DNA of 64,000 bases, taken from the NCBI GenBank assembly GCA_002352465.1, contig DEIN01000003.1, positions 24,933 through 88,932 on the forward strand, read 5' to 3'. This DNA is from Patescibacteria group bacterium UBA2773. Its GTDB lineage: Bacteria; Patescibacteriota; Minisyncoccia; Moranbacterales; DUUL01. A program made the position numbers and the translations under genes. Shown piece after piece: positions 1 to 8,975 of this stretch (its first letter is position 1; every line of letters starts with the position of its first letter). The notes under the pieces were generated by a model. It was not told the DNA's origin. It saw only the letters and a list, made by a program, of their open reading frames with translations, and made no database searches.

Positions 1-908
1 ATTAGATAAAAACCGCCTAGCAATAGAATAAAAACTAAAATTTGCAAAAAGTTAAATTGATTTTTTTCTCGAAAGACTCTCTCTGTTAGCCAAATGAAGG
101 CTACTGAAAGCATTAAATTTATCCAAGTAATTCCCGCCATTAAAAATAAAACTGGGTCGTTGAAAAAGCTTATTGAATGCTCCCAGATGTTGAAATTATC
201 AGAAAATAATAAGCTAGTAGTAAAATATAAACCGCCACTAAATAAAATGAACACTCCGCCCAAAATAGAATAGTTTCTCTTTCTACTAAATTCATAAACA
301 ATCCCATAGATCAAGAAAAAAGAAGCCATTGCAAAACTCAATTTCAAAACATCCAAAGACTCTGCTGCGGTTAAATTAGTGAATAATTTAATTGCAGAAG
401 CTGGGATATATAGACCATAGTGATAAGTGCTATTAAAATTATAATTTTCATTATAGGGATTAATGAAAGGAAATTCCCCGTCATCCACAAATTTTTGAAC
501 CACTGGACGATGAAGCCACTCGTCAAACAAGGCAGTTCTATAAAGCTGGAGAAAAAAAACGCCCAACACAAAAAAAACTGCTAGAAAAACTGGCCAGTTT
601 CTTTTAAAAAAAACCTTTAGTTTTCTCCAAGAAATCGCTTGATAAAAATAGCTTAAGATCAAAAAAGAGATTAAAAAATAGACACCCGAAAATATTTTTA
701 AAACTAATAATTTATTTGGCAGATAGGTCAAAAATGGTATCAATAAAATTATATATAAACAAAGCGACAAGAAAAAGGCCATCGCCGAATATAAGAATGG
801 ATTGTTGGTTTTAAAATTAAAAATGCCCAACAAGACAGACCCAATTCCGGTTATTCCAAGAAAAAAAATTGTTGCAAACAAATTTTGAATAAAAAAATCA
901 ATTAACAT
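1..908 (-). CDS. polytopic membrane protein, 5' partial in window (C-terminus beyond position 1); possibly GT-C-like membrane glycosyltransferase / O-antigen polymerase-like
   Basis: hand translation of the minus strand from ATG at 908-906 gives an uninterrupted frame of more than 300 codons to the window edge (MLIDFFIQNLFATIFFLGITGIG...), with many hydrophobic helices; absent from the ORF track only because it has no stop in the window. Confidence 0.45.
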   Translation of the reverse strand, partial: MLIDFFIQNLFATIFFLGITGIGSVLLGIFNFKTNNPFLYSAMAFFLSLCLYIILLIPFLTYLPNKLLVLKIFSGVYFLISFLILSYFYQAISWRKLKVFFKRNWPVFLAVFFVLGVFFLQLYRTALFDEWLHRPVVQKFVDDGEFPFINPYNENYNFNSTYHYGLYIPASAIKLFTNLTAAESLDVLKLSFAMASFFLIYGIVYEFSRKRNYSILGGVFILFSGGLYFTTSLLFSDNFNIWEHSISFFNDPVLFLMAGITWINLMLSVAFIWLTERVFREKNQFNFLQILVFILLLGGFYL

Positions 909-910
909 TT

Positions 911-1873
911 TTAACTATTTTTAAAATTTATAGTTTTCAAAATCATCCAACCAATCAGGCCGTAAAAAACAGCCGGCAATAAAGACAAAATATGAAAATT
1001 GATAATTGTCGGTAGAACTTCTTGATAATTAAATCCGATTAAAACCAAAAAATAGGTCCAGCCCCCTTCAAAAATTCCAAAATCAGCAAAAGTTTTTATT
1101 GGGAATAATCCGATCAAAAGCAACAGCAAAGAGACAAAAGCTACCAAGAAAAAATCAAGCTCCAATCCCAAAAAGTTCAAAACTAAAAAACCGCTGAAAA
1201 TTCGCAAAAACCAATACAGCAAAGAATAGAAGAATAAAATGGTTATCGCTTTTTTGTCTACCCGAAAAAGCTCTTTTCTAGTTTTTTCAACCAGATTGGC
1301 TAAACTTTGATAATATTTATTTTTAGTAAATAGATTGTTTTTTTTAAGAATAAACACTATAAAAAATATTAATAGACCGACTAAAAGACCGCCAAAAATC
1401 AACAACGAAACGCAACCAACTACATCACCTTTCACAGTAGAACCAATGTAGAAGCTGGAAATGAAAAATAGTAAATAGACAACAATCAAATCAAAAAATC
1501 TCAATAAAACTAATTTCTTTGCAACCAACCAATGAGAAATATTGAAATAGTCTTTAAAAGATTTGACATAAGAAACTTCACCCAAACGAAAAGGCAACAA
1601 AGACAAAAAAGAATTGCAAAAGCTCAAAACCAAAAAAAGCTTTTTCTTCTCTTTAATTTTATATAAACTCGCATAGCGGAAAGTGTTCGAGAGCTTTATT
1701 GCTCCAAACATTATCAAAACAACTGCCACAATCCACCACCTAATTTTCAAAATTTGTTCAATGAAATTGTATTCCTTTAATTTGCTGGCCAAAAAATAGA
1801 TTAAAATCGCCGAAAAAACCAAAGGGTAAATTTTGTTTAATACTTTCAAAGTTTTTTTGATTGATTGGGTCAT
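911..1873 (-). CDS. flippase-like / lysylphosphatidylglycerol-synthase TM-region family (UPF0104) integral membrane protein
   Basis: 320 aa, 8+ TM helices, 4-bp overlap with the downstream GT2 gene; family assignment by composition/architecture only. Confidence 0.5.
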   Translation of the reverse strand: MTQSIKKTLKVLNKIYPLVFSAILIYFLASKLKEYNFIEQILKIRWWIVAVVLIMFGAIKLSNTFRYASLYKIKEKKKLFLVLSFCNSFLSLLPFRLGEVSYVKSFKDYFNISHWLVAKKLVLLRFFDLIVVYLLFFISSFYIGSTVKGDVVGCVSLLIFGGLLVGLLIFFIVFILKKNNLFTKNKYYQSLANLVEKTRKELFRVDKKAITILFFYSLLYWFLRIFSGFLVLNFLGLELDFFLVAFVSLLLLLIGLFPIKTFADFGIFEGGWTYFLVLIGFNYQEVLPTIINFHILSLLPAVFYGLIGWMILKTINFKNS

Positions 1874-2874
1874 TTTGAAAATTTGATAAATAAATCTTTA
1901 TATTCTGCTTTGGTAATTTTTCGATTTTGCTGAATAATCAATCTTTTTCTAAACATTTTAGGAAAATTCCATAAAATACTACCATATATTTTAAAAATAA
2001 TTAAAATCACACCAAAGATTCCAACCGTATTTTTTAAATTTGTCACTGATTTATTTTTTTTGCCAACTTTTAAATAACTAAAATAAGTCTTAAAATCGTT
2101 AATTACATACTTAAAAAAATCTTCCCAAGAATAATTTTTTAATGCTTCAAAAAATCCGTTTCGCTTAACAAAAAAAGCTTTCATAGGCGAACCAGCTCCT
2201 CCACTAGTTTTTGAATGATAATGAATTAATTGACTTTTAGGATTATAAATAGCTTTCCAACCAGCCGATTGAGCCCTAAAACCCAAATCAGAATCTTCTG
2301 AATAAGCAAAAAAATCTCCATCAAACAAACCAATTTCTTCTAACATTTCTCTTTTATACAAAGCCGAACATCCACTAGAAGCAAAAATTTCTTCCTCTTT
2401 GTTGAATTTACTAGGATCTTCATCAAAACCTCTAGAAATTCCTCCCGAAGATTTCAAATCATCAGAAGCAATATACAATCCAACATTTTGAATTTTTCCA
2501 TCTGAAAAAAATGATTTTGACGCCACCATTCCGATTTTTTCTTTTCTATCTGTGATTTTAACTAACTCCTTCAACCAATTTTTATTAACTTTTGTATCAT
2601 TATTTAAGCAAACGATATATCTCACTTCGCTATCCTCAAAAGCTCTTAAAATTCCGACATTATTTCCCATAGCGAAACCAGTATTTTTTTTCAATCGAAT
2701 GATTTTGATTTTAGGAAAATTTTTCTGAACATATTCTACAGAACCATCGACTGAGCCATTATCTACAAAATAAACATCAAAATTTTTATAACCTTGCTCG
2801 AAAACCGAACTCAGACAATTTTTCAAAAGTCTTTTTCCATTCCAATTAACAATAATTATAGCGACCTTTTTCAT
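1870..2874 (-). CDS. glycosyltransferase family 2 (rhamnosyltransferase-like)
   Basis: N-terminal VAIIIVNWNGKRLLKNCLSS...YFVDNGSVDGS motif typical of the GT2 GT-A fold. Confidence 0.8.
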   Translation of the reverse strand: MKKVAIIIVNWNGKRLLKNCLSSVFEQGYKNFDVYFVDNGSVDGSVEYVQKNFPKIKIIRLKKNTGFAMGNNVGILRAFEDSEVRYIVCLNNDTKVNKNWLKELVKITDRKEKIGMVASKSFFSDGKIQNVGLYIASDDLKSSGGISRGFDEDPSKFNKEEEIFASSGCSALYKREMLEEIGLFDGDFFAYSEDSDLGFRAQSAGWKAIYNPKSQLIHYHSKTSGGAGSPMKAFFVKRNGFFEALKNYSWEDFFKYVINDFKTYFSYLKVGKKNKSVTNLKNTVGIFGVILIIFKIYGSILWNFPKMFRKRLIIQQNRKITKAEYKDLFIKFSK

Positions 2875-4035
2875 TTATTTTAATAATTTTAAATATTGCT
2901 CAGCAATTTTTTCTATCTTGAATTTTTCTATATCCTTTTTATTATTAACCGACATTTTTTTCATTATTTCAGAATTTTTCAAAATCTTTTTAATTTTTTC
3001 AACCAGTAATTCTGATTTTTTTGGATTGACCAAAAATCCATTTCGTCCTTCCTTGATAAAATCAACTTGTCCGCCATTGTTAGTCGCCACAATTGGCAAG
3101 CCCACTTGCATCGCCTCTTGTAAAATGATCCCAAAACCCTCGTGCAAAGAGCTCAGAACATATACATCAGAATTATCCAAATATTGGAATTTTTTTTTCT
3201 CAGAAACAAATCCTGGCAAAATCAACCTTTTTTCTACTTTTAACTTTTTAGCCAATTTAACCAAATTTTCTTTTTCCGGTCCTTCTCCCAAAATTATCCC
3301 ACAAATATTTTCCGGCAAACCAGCTAAAGTTTCAACAAAATATTCGAAACCTTTTCTTTTTACCATCCGACCGATTGAAATTAAATAAATTTTATCATTT
3401 TCAAGTCCCAAACTTTCACGAGAGCATTTTTTAAAATTAAATTTTTCATAGGCCAACGGGATCAAATCGACCTCTTTATTGAAGCTATAATATTTTTCTG
3501 CATTTTTTTTCGTGTCGCTAGACTCAGCCACAATCCAGTTCGCTTGACTCAATAGAAAATTATTTATTTTGACCAAAAAAGAATGCCTGTGGGGAGATCT
3601 TTTCAAAGAAGGATCATAAATATCCCCTCCGTGAATTGAAAGAATATTTTTTAATTTAAAAGTCTTACTCAAAATCCAACCCAAAGGTCCAGTCGGCAAA
3701 ACAAAGTGAGTATTAATAAATTGATATTTATTTTGAAAACCCAATTGAACTCCTTTAAAAAATCCGAACAACAAATAAGTTGCCATCGACAAATTGCTGG
3801 CTGTCGCCTTCTCTTTTCTTCCAAAAGTTTGAACTCGATGAACATTTATTCCATCAATTTTTTCAAATCTTTTTTCTCCGTCCATCCAACTAGTTACCAA
3901 ATCGACTTCATAGCCGTTTTTAATAAACCCTTTGGCTAATTGTTTGCTCGCCACGCCACCACCACCGCCAATTGGTGGAAATTCATAATTTAAAATTAAG
4001 ATTTTTTTGATATTTGATTTTTTCATCATATTCAA
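2875..4035 (-). CDS. glycosyltransferase family 4 (GT-B fold)
   Basis: C-terminal EGFGIILQEAMQVGLPIVATNNGG motif (EX7E-type GT4). Confidence 0.8.
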   Translation of the reverse strand: MNMMKKSNIKKILILNYEFPPIGGGGGVASKQLAKGFIKNGYEVDLVTSWMDGEKRFEKIDGINVHRVQTFGRKEKATASNLSMATYLLFGFFKGVQLGFQNKYQFINTHFVLPTGPLGWILSKTFKLKNILSIHGGDIYDPSLKRSPHRHSFLVKINNFLLSQANWIVAESSDTKKNAEKYYSFNKEVDLIPLAYEKFNFKKCSRESLGLENDKIYLISIGRMVKRKGFEYFVETLAGLPENICGIILGEGPEKENLVKLAKKLKVEKRLILPGFVSEKKKFQYLDNSDVYVLSSLHEGFGIILQEAMQVGLPIVATNNGGQVDFIKEGRNGFLVNPKKSELLVEKIKKILKNSEIMKKMSVNNKKDIEKFKIEKIAEQYLKLLK

Positions 4036-4114
4036 AATATTTTACATTGTTCATTCTGCTTATTATAGCAAGAAAAAAATATTAAACAAAATAATCTGGA
4101 ATTTTTAAAACTAA

Positions 4115-4654
4115 TTACATTTTAGAAATTTCGTTTTTTAGAATTTCTTTTATATTTTTACCTAGATTCTTAACAAAATTTCTATCTTTAATAAAATTTT
4201 CCAAATCCAAAATTATACTTCGACTATCAATTTTAGTTATGATTTTCAAAAGCTTTGTTTCCAGTTCTTTTGAACTATCAACCTCTTCAATACAATTCAA
4301 GTTTGGAACAATTCCTTTCTGAAGATACCACATTAAATCAAAATAGTCCCTCCCCTTAACGCTAATTATTGTTTCACCTGATTTGCTATTTTTCTCCCAT
4401 TTTCGATACAAAACCGCTCTAATTTTGGTAGCCATCAAAGTTGATAAATCAAACATCTTTACTAGGACTAACTGATTGTGTCTAAAAGTTGGTTTTATTT
4501 CGGTTTTAAATTTTTTGCAAAAATCAAATTCCTTGAAAATCTCCACTTTCAAATTCAAGTAATTCGATTGACTTGGGTTGGAAAGTCCAAGTTCTTTCAA
4601 AATAGGAAATTTTAAATATATTCTAAATTTTTGAATTTTCTTACTAATAGTCAA
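4115..4654 (-). CDS. AbiEii/AbiGii (DUF1814) nucleotidyltransferase toxin-like protein, C-terminal part only (TTG start)
   Basis: KGRDYFDLMWYL motif and ATKIRAVLYR segment typical of the AbiEii C-terminal region; the N-terminal GGTAL nucleotidyltransferase motif is not seen, so the gene is probably truncated. Confidence 0.4.
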   Translation of the reverse strand: MTISKKIQKFRIYLKFPILKELGLSNPSQSNYLNLKVEIFKEFDFCKKFKTEIKPTFRHNQLVLVKMFDLSTLMATKIRAVLYRKWEKNSKSGETIISVKGRDYFDLMWYLQKGIVPNLNCIEEVDSSKELETKLLKIITKIDSRSIILDLENFIKDRNFVKNLGKNIKEILKNEISKM

Positions 4655-4731
4655 GTTTAATTCTTTCTTAAAATAAATTTCAAGGTCATTCCCTAGTTTT
4701 TCGAGATCAATTTTTTAATTCTAAAATTATT

Positions 4732-5388
4732 TTAGACATATTTCCTAATTATCCAATTAAAAATAATTTTCATTTTTTTGGATTTCTCAATTTTGATATA
4801 TTTTTCTAATTCTTTCCAATCTTTTTTATCTAAAACATCAAGATTCAATCTCAATTCATTAATTTGTTCTTCTAAAAATAGAATATTTTTTCGAAAATAT
4901 AAATAGTCGAAAAGAGCTTTCGTCAAAGAAGCTTCGGCTATAGAAAACTCACTTTTATTAACAATTTCGAAACCGCAAAACAAGCTAGGCTTAATATGAT
5001 GATATTTAAAAACGCCTAAATTATTGAAAAATTTATTAGTTTTTTTTTGAGTAATTAAAACAAAAGAATTAATTCCCTCTGACAAAACGCCATATTTTTC
5101 CAAAACATACTCCGCGCTTAGATAACTTGGTTTGTAAATAATATTCCCCACAAATTCTAGATATTCATTAAAAATATTTCTTTTTTCAACATTTTCTAGA
5201 AATTTTTGACTAACATAAAAACTTCTTTTCAAAGAAATAACTTCATTATTCTTTGACAATCGAGATAATAATGTTTTTGAATAATTTTTGCTTAATCCAG
5301 TCACGCTTAAATCGTCAACACAAAAAAATGGCAGTTCTTCAATGACCTCTCTAATTATTTCAGCTTTACTTTTAATTAATTTACTCAT
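4732..5388 (-). CDS. AbiEi family antitoxin (type IV TA), wHTH N-terminus
   Basis: GLSKNYSKTLLSRLSKNNEVISLKRSFYV wHTH, YKPSYLSAEYVLEKYGVL and SIAEASLTKALFDYLYF segments collinear with AbiEi; lies directly upstream of the AbiEii-like ORF. Confidence 0.55.
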   Translation of the reverse strand: MSKLIKSKAEIIREVIEELPFFCVDDLSVTGLSKNYSKTLLSRLSKNNEVISLKRSFYVSQKFLENVEKRNIFNEYLEFVGNIIYKPSYLSAEYVLEKYGVLSEGINSFVLITQKKTNKFFNNLGVFKYHHIKPSLFCGFEIVNKSEFSIAEASLTKALFDYLYFRKNILFLEEQINELRLNLDVLDKKDWKELEKYIKIEKSKKMKIIFNWIIRKYV

Positions 5389-5590
5389 AAAAAAATTAAT
5401 AAGTTATTTCCAATAGTATACATATATTGTATACTTTCAGAAACAAGTTGTCAATATTTTTTGCAACTTTTCCTTTAAAAACTGTTTAGTATCACAATAA
5501 ATACCAAGCTTTAAAAAAAATATTCTCAAATGAATATATAATCCAATATAAAATTGAAATTTAGCAAATAGTTTCTTGATAAATTTTCTA

Positions 5591-5728
5591 TTAATTCTTC
5601 TCTGCTCGCTTTTTTCTTCCTATTGTCCAAGTTAAAACTAATAAAGTTATTCCAACCAAAACAGCCAGAGCGATTTTTTTTGTTTTGATTATTTTCGACG
5701 CTTTCTCCAGCGACTTTAACTTTTTTGT
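5591..5728 (-). pseudogene. orphan fragment: paralog of the C-terminal TM anchor of the surface protein at 8083..8298
   Basis: hand translation gives ...KKLKSLEKASKIIKTKKIALAVLVGITLLVLTWTIGRKKRAEKN* versus ...TRTIALTVLIGIFLLILTWTVKRKKKKV* at 8083..8298; in-frame stop upstream and no ATG. Confidence 0.3.
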
Positions 5729-5775
5729 TTGTTAATTAAATTACTTTTCTTTATTTTCTGAGTCGTCGCTTGTTC

Positions 5776-6729
5776 TTACTTACTTTGATAATATTTTTTA
5801 TACCAATCTATAAAATTCTCAATGCCCTCTTCAATTTGAGTAGTTGGAACCCATCCTAATTTTCTTAACTTAGAAATATCAGCAACCGTCGAAGGAACAT
5901 CCCCTGGCTGAATAGGCATCAAATTATTTTTTGCTTTTTTCCCGATCTTATCCTCAATAACTTCGATAAATCGCAAAAGAGTTTCTTCTTTGTCTCCCCC
6001 AATATTCATCACCTCACACTTCAGATTCGCATCAAGAACTGTTATCGTACCAGAAACGATATCATCAACATAGGTAAAATTTCGACTCATCTTACCATAA
6101 TTATAAACATCAATCGGCTTATCTTCAATGATATTTTTAGTAAATTTAAATAAAGCCATGTCTGGTCTCCCCCAAGGACCATAGACTGTAAAATATCTCA
6201 AACCAGTGGTATTTAATTTATAGTTATGGCTATAAACATTAGCCATTAATTCAGTTGTTTTTTTAGTAGCAGCGTATGGAGAAATGGGACTATCAACGCT
6301 ATCCATTTCTGAAAAAGGAACCTTTTTATTATTCCCATAAACAGAAGATGATGAGGCATAGACAAAATTTTCAATTTTATTTTTTACGCTCAACTCCATT
6401 AGATTCATAGTCCCCTTGACATTAACTTCTTCATAAAGCAATGCTTCAAGAAGGGAGTTTCTAACTCCCACCATAGCCGCTAGATGGACAACTTTATTAA
6501 ATTTTTCTTTTTTAAAAATTTCCGCAAGTCTGTCATAGTTACGAATATCATCTTCATAAATTTCAAATTTACAGTCTTTTAAAATATTTTTAATTCGATC
6601 TCGCTTAAGCTGTGGGTTATAATAATCATTGAAATTATCTATTATTACCACCTCATCGCCTCTATCGATTAATTTTCTTGCTAAATTTGAACCGATAAAT
6701 CCCGCTCCTCCGGTAACTAGTATTTTCAT
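5776..6729 (-). CDS. NAD-dependent epimerase/dehydratase, UDP-glucuronate 4-epimerase-like
   Basis: MKILVTGGAGFIGSNL Rossmann motif, YxxxK region and YFTVYGPWGRPDMA motif typical of UDP-GlcA 4-epimerases. Confidence 0.8.
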   Translation of the reverse strand: MKILVTGGAGFIGSNLARKLIDRGDEVVIIDNFNDYYNPQLKRDRIKNILKDCKFEIYEDDIRNYDRLAEIFKKEKFNKVVHLAAMVGVRNSLLEALLYEEVNVKGTMNLMELSVKNKIENFVYASSSSVYGNNKKVPFSEMDSVDSPISPYAATKKTTELMANVYSHNYKLNTTGLRYFTVYGPWGRPDMALFKFTKNIIEDKPIDVYNYGKMSRNFTYVDDIVSGTITVLDANLKCEVMNIGGDKEETLLRFIEVIEDKIGKKAKNNLMPIQPGDVPSTVADISKLRKLGWVPTTQIEEGIENFIDWYKKYYQSK

Positions 6730-7904
6730 TTTATTTTTGATTTTAAAAATTCATAATAATCATTGGCATTAGCATTTTTGACCGTATATTTTTCTAAGAT
6801 TTTTTTGTAAGCTTTTTCGCCCATTTCAATTCGTAATTTTTTATCTAAAATTAACTTCTCTAATTTCGCTTTCCATTCTTTTTCATTTTTTGCGATAAAC
6901 CCATCCGAGCCGTCCTCAATCGCTTCACGAAAAGTTTGAGTAGCAGTTGCAACAGTTGGAATTTTTAAAATTCCTGGTTCAAAAAATTTAAGTTCGCTCT
7001 TCCCTTCGCAAAAAGGGTTGCTGATTTCAAGCGGAGCGATATTGATATCAACCGAAGCAACATTCTTGAAATATTCTTTTCTCGGAACATAAGGCTTGTT
7101 AATAATTCTTTTTCCAAATTCCCGAACCAACTCAGCTTCTGGATCAAGTGGACCAGCTAAAAACAGTTTAACCTGTGAATACTTTTTCAAAATCTGCATC
7201 AAAGGCTGAGTGATTGTAGCAAAATCTTTATTGTGACTAATTGTTCCACTAAAATAACCAATTATTATTTCATTTTTATTTTTTTCTTTTTTATTGACTA
7301 GAATCTCTCTTGCCCAAGTAACGTCCTCTTTGGAAAGTTTATTTGAGACAATAAAAACTCTTTTTCCTTTCTCTTTGAATTTTTCGGCTAAAAAAGTGGT
7401 AGTGGTTGAACAAACTTTAACATAATCATCATTCAAAATCTCTCCCCCCAAACCATTTTTATAAAGCTTTTTTTCCAACACATTCATTTTTTTATAACCA
7501 TCCATCAATTTCAAAAATTTTGGATCATAAATTAAATCATCAGCTTCAAAAATTATTTCCTTTTTTTGACTTTTAATTTTTTCCACCATTTCTTTAATCT
7601 TTTTATTTACTACTGTTCGATGAAAAATGAAAACCTTGAACTCATCCACAAATTTCAAAATAGAAGCATTATCTTGAGTTGAGACAGAACATTTAATTTG
7701 ATTTTCATTCAATTCTTCCGCTACGTGACGAGCTCGATAGCGAGCACTATCCCCAGTGCCATTAGTAATAATCAAAACATCCCCTGGTTCAACTTTTTTA
7801 TTAGCGATTTTCAAAGCATTCACAATTCTTTTAATTCCATTCAAAAAACCATCTCTCTTGAGAACGTTAATTACTTTCCCGACTTTAATTAAAAATAAAT
7901 TCAT
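6726..7904 (-). CDS. glycosyltransferase, GT-B fold (GT1/GT4-like)
   Basis: 392 aa; C-terminal domain ...KFFEPGILKIPTVATATQTFREAIEDGSDGFIAKNE resembles GT-B nucleotide-sugar binding; 4-bp overlap with the epimerase gene. Confidence 0.6.
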   Translation of the reverse strand: MNLFLIKVGKVINVLKRDGFLNGIKRIVNALKIANKKVEPGDVLIITNGTGDSARYRARHVAEELNENQIKCSVSTQDNASILKFVDEFKVFIFHRTVVNKKIKEMVEKIKSQKKEIIFEADDLIYDPKFLKLMDGYKKMNVLEKKLYKNGLGGEILNDDYVKVCSTTTTFLAEKFKEKGKRVFIVSNKLSKEDVTWAREILVNKKEKNKNEIIIGYFSGTISHNKDFATITQPLMQILKKYSQVKLFLAGPLDPEAELVREFGKRIINKPYVPRKEYFKNVASVDINIAPLEISNPFCEGKSELKFFEPGILKIPTVATATQTFREAIEDGSDGFIAKNEKEWKAKLEKLILDKKLRIEMGEKAYKKILEKYTVKNANANDYYEFLKSKIK

Positions 7905-8000
7905 TTTATTTTAATAATTCATTTTTAGAATTGATTTTTCTTGACTGATCGAAGACTATTCTACTAACTTATTATAACAATAAATGAGCTGGTTTAAAAG

Positions 8001-8028
8001 GAAAAAAGAAAGACTGATTTAAATCAGT
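8001..8028 (-). terminator. rho-independent terminator-like hairpin downstream of the surface-protein gene
   Basis: perfect palindrome ACTGATTTAAATCAGT (8013-8028) followed on the minus strand by a T-rich run. Confidence 0.4.
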
Positions 8029-8082
8029 ATTTCGTTTATCAACCTCGTTTTAAAATCAAAAATTTTACTAGAAACGATTTTG

Positions 8083-8298
8083 TTAAACTTTTTTCTTCTT
8101 TCTCTTAACTGTCCAAGTCAAAATTAACAAAAATATTCCGATCAAAACAGTCAAGGCAATTGTTCGGGTTTGAATGTTTTTAGTTTGTTCCCCCGCTACT
8201 TTAACTAGCTTGTTTTCGGCCTTTCCATTCTGCGCCTCTTTTTGGGCTATCTTTTTCTCAACAATCGATTCTTTCTTCTCTGCTTGTTTTTGAGTCAA
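8083..8298 (-). CDS. C-terminal segment of the frameshifted surface protein: K-rich linker, TM anchor, basic tail
   Basis: TTG-initiated 71-aa ORF with no internal Met; reachable from the 226-aa ORF by +1 nt in the A8 tract at 8301-8308. Confidence 0.4.
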   Translation of the reverse strand: MTQKQAEKKESIVEKKIAQKEAQNGKAENKLVKVAGEQTKNIQTRTIALTVLIGIFLLILTWTVKRKKKKV

Positions 8299-8975
8299 GG
8301 CTTTTTTTTCTTAATATTTTTAACATATCCCAACGTCTGTTCTTGCTCTTTTTTCTTTTTCTTATCTTTCTTCTTTTCGTCATCATCAGTTTCATCTTCA
8401 ACTTCATCCTCGGTTGCAATAATCACGTCTTCCTCGATTTCATCCTCCTCGTCAGCCACAACAATCTCGACATCTTCTTCTACTTCATCTTCCTCTCTCT
8501 TAATAATATTAATTTCACTATTTTCAAAAACAATATCGTAATTAATTTCCTCCTCGCTAATTATTTCTCCGTTAAACTCTGTAAAAATATTTTCATCTTC
8601 ATCTATTTTGTAAACAGAACCATCATAAACACCTTCTCCATTCCCTGTTATTTTTAAAAAATATTCCCCTTCTGGATTCTGAATTTCAACGATTTTATAT
8701 CCATCATCTTTTCCGTCTGAATAAAAATAAGCACCTTCAATCTGACTTTGATTTTTATTTATAAAATTGCCTTCTGAATTTTCTATTTCAACGTCAATCG
8801 GACAAGCAAACGCAAATATTAATTTATTTTTTGTTGCTAAGGTTAAAACTTCTTCTGGAATATCAATCCCTAAAAACTGATGAGTTTTTTTCAACCGCCT
8901 TAGCTGGTAAATCGATATGACTAACATCATCGATTGTAATAGTATTAAACATCGGCACATCTCCGCTACTTTCAT
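8295..8975 (-). CDS. middle segment of the frameshifted surface protein (D/E-rich acidic linker)
   Basis: the first about 37 codons are out-of-frame overlap with the 570-aa ORF; real continuation starts near THQFLGIDIPEEVL after the A7 tract at 8885-8891. Confidence 0.4.
   Translation of the reverse strand: MKVAEMCRCLILLQSMMLVISIYQLRRLKKTHQFLGIDIPEEVLTLATKNKLIFAFACPIDVEIENSEGNFINKNQSQIEGAYFYSDGKDDGYKIVEIQNPEGEYFLKITGNGEGVYDGSVYKIDEDENIFTEFNGEIISEEEINYDIVFENSEINIIKREEDEVEEDVEIVVADEEDEIEEDVIIATEDEVEDETDDDEKKKDKKKKKEQEQTLGYVKNIKKKKP

Noticed and set aside
371-571. 66-aa minus-strand ORF from the track
   Set aside because: Lies out of frame inside the long uninterrupted membrane-protein reading frame 1..908 on the same strand; shadow ORF
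2918-3939. plus-strand ORFs (156 aa, 77 aa) inside the GT4 gene, and similar plus-strand ORFs inside rseP, dnaJ, ligA, alaS, hisS, gyrB and the ribosomal genes
   Set aside because: Antisense shadow ORFs in an AT-rich genome; low-complexity F/S/L-rich translations, each fully contained in a well-supported minus-strand gene
4655-4731. Extending the AbiEii-like ORF upstream to recover the nucleotidyltransferase motif
   Set aside because: An in-frame TAA sits 20 codons upstream of the TTG start and the upstream gene is in another frame; no GGTAL-type motif in any frame
8295-8298. TGA as a sense codon (genetic code 25, as in Gracilibacteria/SR1), which would fuse ORFs
   Set aside because: All 21 ribosomal-protein genes, secY, gyrB and others terminate at expected lengths with the standard code; the ORF junctions require frame changes, not stop read-through
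8242-8657. plus-strand ORFs (99 and 104 aa) rich in Ser/Phe
   Set aside because: Mirror image of the D/E/K-rich acidic linker of the surface protein; compositional artefact
8295-8975. 226-aa ORF as an independent gene starting at its own Met
   Set aside because: Its first about 37 codons overlap the preceding ORF out of frame and all its Met codons lie in that overlap; the body is in-frame continuation of the surface protein once one A is added to the A7 run
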